A DNA stretch of 20,000 bases from sequence record SRR20825006_194; one strand, written 5' to 3'. Positions 8,468 through 16,582 of the stretch are shown in pieces; position 1 is the first letter of the stretch, and each line of letters opens with the position of its first letter. The notes beneath the pieces are model-generated. The model saw only the letters and a program-made list of their open reading frames with translations. It made no database searches and was not told the DNA's origin. The position numbers and the translations under genes were made by a program.

Positions 8468-9562
8468 CTATTTCAACTGTTGGATTGCAAAATAGTAGGC
8501 GCCTTTAGAGATGGCATTATTAGTTCCCAATTTGGATAACCCAATGGGTGTTTTCTTTTCTTTATGGTAAAGTACTTTTTTTGTGCTATTGGGAACCGAA
8601 ATTAATTCTTCTGAGGAATTGAGAAACTGTTTTAGATCCCACTCATTTTCAAGATTATACACTTTTTGAATCAGTCTCTTTATTCTTGATCCATTTAAAG
8701 TGTTATAAAAACCATTCAGTTCATCCAACATAGTTCTGGAAAAAAGTGGATATGCGCCACTAACGCCACCGCCGATTACAACTACGCCATCAATTAATGT
8801 AAGAATATGAGCGATCGCATCGCCAAGTGCATCGCCATATCTCAAGAAGGTTTCAATGGCAGCGGGTTGAACCCCTTCTTTCTTTCCTGTTGCAATATCA
8901 AATATTTCGTTCGGTTGAGGTGCTTGAGCCGGATCCATTGCAATCTGTTCAGCATAGATTCTTCTAACGGCTTTTATGCTCACTGTATCTTCTATAAAAC
9001 TATACGAATATTGCTTATTCCGAAGCAACCAACCTTCTGCTGCTGCATTATTATCACCAACTATCAGATTCCTGTTAATTGAAATTCCGACTCCAAAACC
9101 TGTTCCAAGGGTAATACCGATTAAGTTTTTATACTTTCTTTCGAATCCTTCTTTCTCTAACAATCCATTTACAAAAGGTAAAAATCCTGATTCACTTTCG
9201 CCTAGAGCAAATAAATCGCCGTCGTTATTAATATAAACTGGAATTTTGAAATGCTCTTCCAAAAATGGACCTAAGGCAACACCACCTCTAAAAGCTGGCA
9301 AATTTGGAAGGTCTCCAATAATTCCATTTTTATAATCGGCAGGGCCAGGAAATGCAAAACTAATCGCTTTTGGAGCATCCATTAACGATGACCTAAGCTG
9401 TTCAAAACCATTCTTAATTGTTTCTAGGCACTTCTCGAGATTCACACTTTCAGCAGGAATCACAATAGCTTCTCCTATTTGATCTCCATTTTGCATCGCA
9501 GAAAAACAAAAATTTGTTCCACCTGCATCAAGCGTTAGTATAATTGGAGATTCGTCTTTCAT
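8468..9562 (-). CDS. ROK family sugar kinase (Bacteroidota type)
   Basis: Phosphate-1 motif LDAGGT, FPGPADY, INNDGD, TLGTGFG and VVIGGG; no HTH domain, so a kinase rather than a repressor. Confidence 0.9.
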   Translation of the reverse strand: MKDESPIILTLDAGGTNFCFSAMQNGDQIGEAIVIPAESVNLEKCLETIKNGFEQLRSSLMDAPKAISFAFPGPADYKNGIIGDLPNLPAFRGGVALGPFLEEHFKIPVYINNDGDLFALGESESGFLPFVNGLLEKEGFERKYKNLIGITLGTGFGVGISINRNLIVGDNNAAAEGWLLRNKQYSYSFIEDTVSIKAVRRIYAEQIAMDPAQAPQPNEIFDIATGKKEGVQPAAIETFLRYGDALGDAIAHILTLIDGVVVIGGGVSGAYPLFSRTMLDELNGFYNTLNGSRIKRLIQKVYNLENEWDLKQFLNSSEELISVPNSTKKVLYHKEKKTPIGLSKLGTNNAISKGAYYFAIQQLK

Positions 9563-9567
9563 TAGCT

Positions 9568-10776
9568 TTATTCTGCTATAAGGTTATCAACTATAGCGTT
9601 CAATTTTTCATCAAAGTCTACATAATATTCTCCAGTAGCTGGACCTGTAAAAAAGCTGTAAACATAGCGTGCATAGCCTGACTTATCAACCACAATTAAG
9701 GTTGGGAAAGCAGCAATTCTATCCATAAACGGGAAGGCTTTTGCCGCTTCTGCTTTGCTTAATTTCCCACCAAGAATGACATCGTACTCAATCTCTAATT
9801 TGTCTTTGTATTCTGCTATTCGGCGCTCACCATATTCCTGAGAATAATTGGCTTCATGGTTTACAGCAAGAACTGCGACTTCTCGCTCTTTATTCTTTGC
9901 ATACCAATCGATTAGATACTTAGTTTGATCCCAACTATTTGGGCACCATGTTCCAAACATCTGAATTAAAAGCACTTTGCCTTCGTAATCTTCTCTTTTA
10001 ATACTTGGCTGACCATCTGCGCTAAGCTTCTGGAAATCAGGACGAACTTCATTCTTTCCAAGAGTAACTATTTTTAATGGGTCTTTAATTTTAGCATCTG
10101 GATTGTATTTCCCTTCCCACTTCTCTGAATAACCATTACCAAAAACCATTTCGCCTTCCCATTTATCGTTGCTAAGCTTTGCTTTTATTAAGAAAGCATG
10201 GGCGCCATCAAAAGAAGAAAGTATCATTTCATTTCCCTCAATTACACCTTCGAAAAAACGTAAATCACTTGTTTCTGTAATAATTGTACCAGAAATTTTA
10301 TTTCCATCTTGCTCAAAAAGTCCCAGCGCTGGGTATGCATTATTTTGCCCTGGCTTGAATGTAATCTCCCACTTTGGCTCAACCTGCTCTAGCATTGTAC
10401 TACCTTTTAATGCGAACCTTGGCTTACCATAATCAGCTTTAAAATTAGCGCCACCTTTTTGGTAATGCTTAGTCATTTTACCAATCAGTTTATCCCCTTC
10501 AATTTTGGCCTTTATTGTAATATCAAAAGCAAAAACGCGAAAAATCAGGCTATCTCCTTCTATTTTCGTATCCGTAATCTCCGCTCTATCTTTTCCATTA
10601 ACTATGGTGATTATAGGCTTAGAAATATCATCTTTGTAGTTCACTTCAAAGATAAATGGCACTTCCTCTGTATCATATACAATTGCGCCTCTCCAATCTC
10701 CTTCTTTTAAAGTTTGAGCGGCAAGGTTTGCTCCAAAAAGCAGGATTAACATGAACGTTGTAATAATAATTTTCAT
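9568..10776 (-). CDS. Exported TlpA/redoxin-like protein with N-terminal beta-rich domains and a CxxS active site
   Basis: Sec-type signal peptide (MKIIITTFMLILLFGANLAA); C-terminal thioredoxin fold with GKVLLIQMFGTWCPNS and AFPTLIVVDKSG. Confidence 0.85.
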   Translation of the reverse strand: MKIIITTFMLILLFGANLAAQTLKEGDWRGAIVYDTEEVPFIFEVNYKDDISKPIITIVNGKDRAEITDTKIEGDSLIFRVFAFDITIKAKIEGDKLIGKMTKHYQKGGANFKADYGKPRFALKGSTMLEQVEPKWEITFKPGQNNAYPALGLFEQDGNKISGTIITETSDLRFFEGVIEGNEMILSSFDGAHAFLIKAKLSNDKWEGEMVFGNGYSEKWEGKYNPDAKIKDPLKIVTLGKNEVRPDFQKLSADGQPSIKREDYEGKVLLIQMFGTWCPNSWDQTKYLIDWYAKNKEREVAVLAVNHEANYSQEYGERRIAEYKDKLEIEYDVILGGKLSKAEAAKAFPFMDRIAAFPTLIVVDKSGYARYVYSFFTGPATGEYYVDFDEKLNAIVDNLIAE

Positions 10777-10851
10777 AGGATTTAATAAAGGTTACGAGTC
10801 AATGCCGGAGTATAAATTCCACATTGAAGCTATACTATTCATTTAAAATTT

Positions 10852-12090
10852 CTATTTATTCTTTTCTTCGATCCATTTACTCATAAATCTAGTACTCGCT
10901 AATGAATGATGTAAAAGCATTGCTCCCATAAAGTTATTAGCTCGATGGCTTTTCAGGTTCTCTGTAATTGAAGATATTCGTTCAAGCAGAACTTTTTGGA
11001 AATAGTTTTTGTCGAAACGGTGTTTAAGGATTTCAAATCCACTTTTATGAGCATTCGACCATAGTTCTTTGTTAGAACACAGAGAAACTGCTTGTTCAGC
11101 AAAGATTGTATCGTCATCAGAAATTGCACCTGGCCAATCATAATCCCCAGACATCCCTTCAGCACCAATACTTGAGGTAATAGATGGGGTTCCACATTCC
11201 ATCGCGTCTGAGAGTTTTCCTTTAAGTCCGGCACCAATACGGAGCGGCGCTAGCAAAACTTTTGCATTAGAAATCACAGCTTTGGCATCTTCTGCCCTTC
11301 CTTTAATTAGAAACCCGTCTGATGACTTATAGAGCTGCTCTACTTTTTGGCTCGGATAAGCTCCGTAAATATGTAATTCTGCTGAAGGGATTTTCGCCCT
11401 AATTTTAGGCCAAATACTCTTCTTCAAAACTTGGACCGCATCCCAATTCGGTTCGTGTAAAAAATTCCCGATTGAGACGAAATGATCTCTTTTTTCGAAA
11501 GTTGGTAAGTCGCTTTGTTCTTTTTCACTAACCGTATTGAGCATAAATGGAAGATATAGCAACAAGCTTTCATCTATTTTAAAAGCTTCTGTTAACACAT
11601 CCATTTCATATTCAGAGATAACTAAAGAGAGGTCGCAACGGTAAATACTAGCAATTTCGCGTTTCGCAATATCGTTGTGTAAATCATCAGTGGTATATGT
11701 TCTGTCTGCTTTTTGTGCGATAGTGCGAGCTTGACGCAAACAGTGTAAATCTTCCATATCTAGCACTCTCACTGCATCGGGACACTGTTCAGCTACCCTC
11801 CACCCAAATTGCTCTTCAGTCATAAATCGATCGAATAGAACCACATCTGGATTTAATGCCTGTACAAAATCATCGAAGGCAGAGTCGTTCATCTTAATAG
11901 CTACAGTTTTGATGGGACGATGCTCTAATGTCTCGCAAAAATCACTTTGGTTAGCAGCGCTCGCAAATGTGATGCTCCATCCATCCTGCAAAAAACAATC
12001 AATGAGTTGCATCATTCGGCTACCAGCAGCCGATGATTTTGGCTCTGGCCATACTTTGCCAAGGATGAGTAGTTTCTTTTCTTTTAGCAT
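10852..12090 (-). CDS. Glycosyltransferase, GT-B fold (GT4-like)
   Basis: VWPEPKSSAAGSRM N-terminus; IGNFLHEPNWDA and LAPLRIGAGLKGKLSDAMECGTPSITSSIGAEG in the nucleotide-sugar-binding region. Confidence 0.88.
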   Translation of the reverse strand: MLKEKKLLILGKVWPEPKSSAAGSRMMQLIDCFLQDGWSITFASAANQSDFCETLEHRPIKTVAIKMNDSAFDDFVQALNPDVVLFDRFMTEEQFGWRVAEQCPDAVRVLDMEDLHCLRQARTIAQKADRTYTTDDLHNDIAKREIASIYRCDLSLVISEYEMDVLTEAFKIDESLLLYLPFMLNTVSEKEQSDLPTFEKRDHFVSIGNFLHEPNWDAVQVLKKSIWPKIRAKIPSAELHIYGAYPSQKVEQLYKSSDGFLIKGRAEDAKAVISNAKVLLAPLRIGAGLKGKLSDAMECGTPSITSSIGAEGMSGDYDWPGAISDDDTIFAEQAVSLCSNKELWSNAHKSGFEILKHRFDKNYFQKVLLERISSITENLKSHRANNFMGAMLLHHSLASTRFMSKWIEEKNK

Positions 12091-12150
12091 GCGTAATGAT
12101 AAGAAAATATTGAAGCTATTTTAGTGTGTTCGCACTTTTAAGTATCAATA

Positions 12151-13281
12151 TTAAAAACGCCCCCACCTTAAGAAGTCGATAGGCCAATCCGTTTCTTCTT
12201 TCACGGCCAAATCAGCAAGAATTTCTCCGATAACTGGCACAAACTTAAACCCATGCCCACAGAAGCCCGAGGCGACCACCACTTGTTGATTTGAGTTTGG
12301 TAAATAATCGATGATAAAGTGTTCATCAGGTGTATTGTTATACATACAAACACTGGTTGTTACAATTTCACCAAGAGCTTCTGGAATAAATTGATTGAGG
12401 ATTTTGGTGAGTTTTTCTTCCTCTTCTCTAGCATCAAACTCGTGTAGACTATTCACTTCTATTTCTTCACCAGGTAAATGATGACCTACTTTCATCAAGC
12501 CATTTCCACCAAATTCTTTTTGGGGAAGTATAGGGAACCCATAGAATATACCTGGGTAAGCTTTATCTGAAATCATCCAACAAGGAAAATTATCTAATTG
12601 AAATAATTCTTCTTTTTTAGGCTTAACCCAACTCAAAAACTGTCTGGTTACTTTTAGTTCTTTGTCTAATTTCGGTACAAGTTCTTTTGTATAAGCTCCA
12701 GCTGTTATAATAATTTTTCTTGCTCTATATACATTTTCTGAAGTTGTTACCTCTACTTCTCCCTCTTTTAACTTCCAACTTTTAACAACTTCACCAGTTT
12801 TTATAACCGCTCCCAATTTCTGTGCGAGCTCACTATATGTTTGAATGGTTTGGTCGGTTAAAGCAAATCCAGAATCGGGTTCTATAAGTTGTTCAAAGTT
12901 CTTTGGAACATTAAATGCAGCGCTTTGGTCTTTGGCTAAAGTATCTAAAGGAATATTATACATCTGAGCTGATTCTTTGATACCTGACATCACAAAGTGG
13001 TCTGGCTCTCCTAAATAGGCAATCCCACTTGGGAAATAAAATCTCTGTCCTGTTTCTTCTTCAAGATGTCTCCAACCTTTGTAAGCACCTTCAAGTAAAG
13101 GGACGTAATCGGGATGTTCGAAATAGGCTTTGCGAACAATTCGGCTTTGGCCAGAATGCGAGCCTTGTTCGTGAGCTATTTCAAATTGTTCTATGCATAA
13201 TACCTTTACTCCTTGTTTTGCCATATGATACGCCGCAGAAGCTCCCATTGACCCAACCCCGATAACTATAACGTCGAACAT
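12151..13281 (-). CDS. solA: N-methyl-L-tryptophan oxidase / monomeric sarcosine oxidase family flavoprotein
   Basis: FAD motif VIGVGSMG, GSHSGQSRIVRKAY, flavinylation Cys in CMYNNTPDEHFIID, and GHGFKF. Confidence 0.88.
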   Translation of the reverse strand: MFDVIVIGVGSMGASAAYHMAKQGVKVLCIEQFEIAHEQGSHSGQSRIVRKAYFEHPDYVPLLEGAYKGWRHLEEETGQRFYFPSGIAYLGEPDHFVMSGIKESAQMYNIPLDTLAKDQSAAFNVPKNFEQLIEPDSGFALTDQTIQTYSELAQKLGAVIKTGEVVKSWKLKEGEVEVTTSENVYRARKIIITAGAYTKELVPKLDKELKVTRQFLSWVKPKKEELFQLDNFPCWMISDKAYPGIFYGFPILPQKEFGGNGLMKVGHHLPGEEIEVNSLHEFDAREEEEKLTKILNQFIPEALGEIVTTSVCMYNNTPDEHFIIDYLPNSNQQVVVASGFCGHGFKFVPVIGEILADLAVKEETDWPIDFLRWGRF

Positions 13282-13511
13282 AAATTTCTAAAAAATGAAT
13301 TAACTCTGTTCAGTCAAAATAATAAAAACAAACTAAACTCGAGCTTAGAATAGTAATTGAAGCCTTTTTTTATTCTTGTTTAACATAGCCTTCAATAAAG
13401 TTATAATTTGGGATTCTGTCTCGTATTAAAAAACTTCTTTCGTAGTTTCTGGGATATTATTGATACTATCAGCACTTATAAAATCATATTCACACAACTT
13501 CTTTTCAATCA

Positions 13512-14075
13512 ATGAAATTAGCCCAATTTATTAATTCCATAACGCCTATTGCTGAAGAAGAACTGCACACCATTCTTAGTTATTTCAAGTATGAAACTCA
13601 TTCGAAAGGTCACCAACTTCTGGATGTTGGACAGATTTGTAACAAACTCTATTTTATGGAGAAAGGGCTTGTACGTAGCTTTTATGTGAATGAAAAAGGA
13701 AAAGAAATTACCATTTGGTTTTTTAACGACGAAGGATTTTTAACTGGAGTTGATAGCTTTTTTCAACAAAAACCAAGCATGAACACCATTGAGCTTTTAG
13801 AGGATTCTGTTTTGTATTCCATAACTTATTCTGAATTAAATATGCTCTTCAATAAGTATCATGCTATGGAGAAATTTGGTCGGTTGCTCTCCTTACAACT
13901 ACTCAGCGACGTAGTAGAAAAGCTCAATGAGATTCAATTTCATACGGCTAAAGAACGATATAATTTAATGCTTAAAAAGCATCCAAAAATCACATCAAGA
14001 GCCCCTTTGGGACACATTGCTTCCTATCTAGGAATTACCCAAGAAACACTCAGCCGAATACGATCTCAGTTTTAG
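13512..14075 (+). CDS. Crp/Fnr family transcriptional regulator
   Basis: N-terminal cNMP-binding-like beta-barrel (LYFMEKGLVRSFY) and C-terminal HTH IASYLGITQETLSRIR. Confidence 0.93.
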   Translation: MKLAQFINSITPIAEEELHTILSYFKYETHSKGHQLLDVGQICNKLYFMEKGLVRSFYVNEKGKEITIWFFNDEGFLTGVDSFFQQKPSMNTIELLEDSVLYSITYSELNMLFNKYHAMEKFGRLLSLQLLSDVVEKLNEIQFHTAKERYNLMLKKHPKITSRAPLGHIASYLGITQETLSRIRSQF

Positions 14076-14119
14076 AAATTGCTTCATAAATAACGCTGAA
14101 GCTGCTTTTATTCTTCATT

Positions 14120-14137
14120 TTTTGATATATATCAAAA
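14120..14137. promoter_or_regulatory. FNR-type operator TTGAT-N4-ATCAA inside an 18-bp perfect palindrome
   Basis: TTTTGATATATATCAAAA; the core 14122-14135 is TTGAT ATAT ATCAA; lies between the Crp/Fnr gene and the tolC operon promoter. Confidence 0.75.
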
Positions 14138-14157
14138 GTTCTTCTTTTCACTCTCTT

Positions 14158-14165
14158 TAACTTTG
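14158..14165 (+). promoter_or_regulatory. Bacteroidota-type -7 promoter element (TAACTTTG) for the tolC operon
   Basis: Exact TAnnTTTG match, 35 nt upstream of the ATG at 14201. Confidence 0.6.
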
Positions 14166-14200
14166 GAATTCAATATTAATTGAGTCAATCATTAAGAGAA

Positions 14201-15586
14201 ATGAACAAATCAGCGTTTAGCATAGTAGTTCTAATTAGCTTCTTTTTCCTGATACCAACAGGTACTGTGAGGGCACAAGAATTAGACCCTCAGCTTCTTC
14301 ACTTGATAGAGCAAGCCAAGATAAAAAGCAGTGTTATTAAGATTAATAATCTTACTGCTAATCAAGCACGATTAGATAGCAAAATTGCAAAATCTACCTT
14401 CATCCCTAATATTTCTTTAAACGGAAGTTATACACGCCTTAATGATGACATCGAGTTCGACGAAAATCTCCAAACCCTGCTCCACGGTACTGAAAAACTG
14501 TTAATCAAGGAAGCCATTGGAATTCCTTTCAATACACCTTTACCTGCAAGTATTCCGACAACTGAAATAGAGCCTTTATTAGATAAAGATGTCCTAAAAA
14601 GCTCCGTTGATATGGAATGGGTTCTTTTTAGTGGTTTTAAAGTTTCTAACGCTGTAAAAGCGACCAGTCATAAACAAAAAGCTTTGAACTATGCTAATGA
14701 TATTGAAGGGAATAATATCATTATAAACTTAGCAGATACCTATGATAAACTAGGGCTAGTACTAGCTTCCGAAAAAGTGATTCAAAGTTCAGAAGTTTAT
14801 CTGAATGAACAAGAAAAATTTGTAAATGCTGCTATAAAAAACGGACTAGCGACTCCAATCGATAAACAGAGAATCATATTAGCTAGACACAAGTTAGCCT
14901 CAAAGCGCATAGAAATTGAAAACAACAAAGAACTGTTATTCGCTCTGCTCCAGAAACTTACAGACGAAGACCTAAATCATTTAAGAGCATTAACACCAAA
15001 TTTAAACCCATTACAAGTTGATTTGAACTTGGAAGATTCAAAACGAAGTGAATTGCTAGCATTAGATGAAGCCATAAAAGCTAGTAAGTATCTAGAAAAG
15101 TATAAGAAAAACAGCTACATCCCCACTATATCTGCAAAAGGAAAGTATGAAATTTTGAAAGACGATTTATCCTTACTCGACCCTCAATGGTACGTAGGTG
15201 TTGGGTTTAAGTGGAGCATATTTGATGGAGGAGCAGCACTTCAGAAAGCTAAGAAAGCATCTGTAAATACCCGTAAGTATGAAGCACAGCTTCACGAAGC
15301 AAAAGATCTTATACAACTCGGCGAAACTAAAGCACTTCTAGAATATCAAACAGAACATAAGAAAGTAGAGATGGCTATTCAAGAAGTTGAACTCACTAAA
15401 CAAGTCTACAATTTAGTATCAAAACAATATCAAAATGGGCTAGCTACCATTGCTGAATACTTAGATAGCTTGAACGACCTTGAAGCTTCACAATTCAGCC
15501 TACAGCAGGCTTATTACAATCAGCGTAGAGCGGGTATTAACCTACTCCAGGCAAAAGGATTATTACAGAATCTCGTAAACAATTAG
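14201..15586 (+). CDS. TolC family outer membrane efflux protein (ATG at 14201 preferred over the TTG at 14180)
   Basis: Signal peptide MNKSAFSIVVLISFFFLIPTGTVRA; OEP repeats (FIPNISLNGSY, WVLFSGF, YIPTISAKG, WSIFDGG, QYQNGLAT). Confidence 0.88.
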   Translation: MNKSAFSIVVLISFFFLIPTGTVRAQELDPQLLHLIEQAKIKSSVIKINNLTANQARLDSKIAKSTFIPNISLNGSYTRLNDDIEFDENLQTLLHGTEKLLIKEAIGIPFNTPLPASIPTTEIEPLLDKDVLKSSVDMEWVLFSGFKVSNAVKATSHKQKALNYANDIEGNNIIINLADTYDKLGLVLASEKVIQSSEVYLNEQEKFVNAAIKNGLATPIDKQRIILARHKLASKRIEIENNKELLFALLQKLTDEDLNHLRALTPNLNPLQVDLNLEDSKRSELLALDEAIKASKYLEKYKKNSYIPTISAKGKYEILKDDLSLLDPQWYVGVGFKWSIFDGGAALQKAKKASVNTRKYEAQLHEAKDLIQLGETKALLEYQTEHKKVEMAIQEVELTKQVYNLVSKQYQNGLATIAEYLDSLNDLEASQFSLQQAYYNQRRAGINLLQAKGLLQNLVNN

Positions 15587-15597
15587 ACTCATATACA

Positions 15598-16572
15598 ATG
15601 AAGCTATTTAAAGTTAAAAACACGCATACATTTATTCTTACAACTCTCAGCCTCATAATTTTAATGGGCTGTAGTGGACGAGAACCTATTACGGAACTAA
15701 GAGGGAAAGTCAAGTTTGAAACAATATCAATCACCACCAAAATAGCTGGTAGAATTTCTCAGATTAATGTAACCGAGGGCCAAAAAGTTCATAAAGGCGA
15801 TACATTGGCTATTATTGATATTCCAGAAATATCAGCAAAAAGCATGCAAGCCGATGGTGCTATAAAAGCGGCTAAAGCTCAATTAGAGATGGCTTATAAC
15901 GGTGCCACTTCAGATCAAATTGAACAAATTGATAGTAAGTTAGAGGCTGTGAAATCTCAATTTAGGTTTGCGGAAGAGTCTTTTGCTAGAGCTTCAAATA
16001 TGTATAAGGATTCTCTTATAAGCGCTCAACAATACGACGAAGCTACCATGAAACTCGCGATGGCCAAAGCGCAAGTAAAAGCTGCCGAAGCACAGCGAAC
16101 TGAAGTGATTAAAGGAACCAGAAAAGAACTTATAGAGCAAGCAAAAGGTCAACTTGAGCGTGCCTTAGGAGCAAAAGCAGAAGTTGAAGTAGCAGCTAAA
16201 GAACAGTCTGTAATCGCTCCAACTAATATGTCGATTGAAACGATTACTCTTCACAAAGGAGAGTTGGCAACACCAGGTTACACCATTTTTAATGGCTATG
16301 AATTAAACACTCTTTACTTTCGCTTTACGGTAAGTGAGTCTAATGTTTATAACTACGAGATTGGTCAAGAACATATCGTCGTAAATCCATATACCAAAGA
16401 AGAAATACCTGTCACTCTTATCGCGATAAATCAACTTGCTAGATATGCCGATATAACCAGTACTTCTCCTGTGTATGAACTTACTGAAGCTATATATGAG
16501 TTAAAACTCATACCTCTAGAAAGGTCTGAAGACGCCAATATGTTTATCAACGCCACTGTTTTACTAAAATAA
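15598..16572 (+). CDS. HlyD family periplasmic adaptor (membrane fusion protein), probable lipoprotein
   Basis: Lipobox-like LMGC at residue 25, lipoyl-like KIAGRISQINVTEGQKVHKGD, long alpha-helical hairpin, and VIAP...GELATPG. Confidence 0.9.
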   Translation: MKLFKVKNTHTFILTTLSLIILMGCSGREPITELRGKVKFETISITTKIAGRISQINVTEGQKVHKGDTLAIIDIPEISAKSMQADGAIKAAKAQLEMAYNGATSDQIEQIDSKLEAVKSQFRFAEESFARASNMYKDSLISAQQYDEATMKLAMAKAQVKAAEAQRTEVIKGTRKELIEQAKGQLERALGAKAEVEVAAKEQSVIAPTNMSIETITLHKGELATPGYTIFNGYELNTLYFRFTVSESNVYNYEIGQEHIVVNPYTKEEIPVTLIAINQLARYADITSTSPVYELTEAIYELKLIPLERSEDANMFINATVLLK

Positions 16573-16582
16573 CTGAGTTCTG

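Noticed and set aside
10799..10827. Imperfect hairpin TCAATG...CATTGA between the GT and TlpA-like genes
   Set aside because: Weak, bulged stem with no U-tract; not callable as a terminator or ncRNA.
8807..13265. Short ORFs at 8807-9082, 8976-9236, 10169-10432, 10459-10710, 10953-11237, 11909-12124 and 13029-13265
   Set aside because: Antisense or alternate-frame shadows of longer genes with clear family signatures.
14180..14200. TTG start for tolC given in the ORF track
   Set aside because: The in-frame ATG at 14201 has an A-rich leader, gives a clean signal peptide and fits the promoter spacing.
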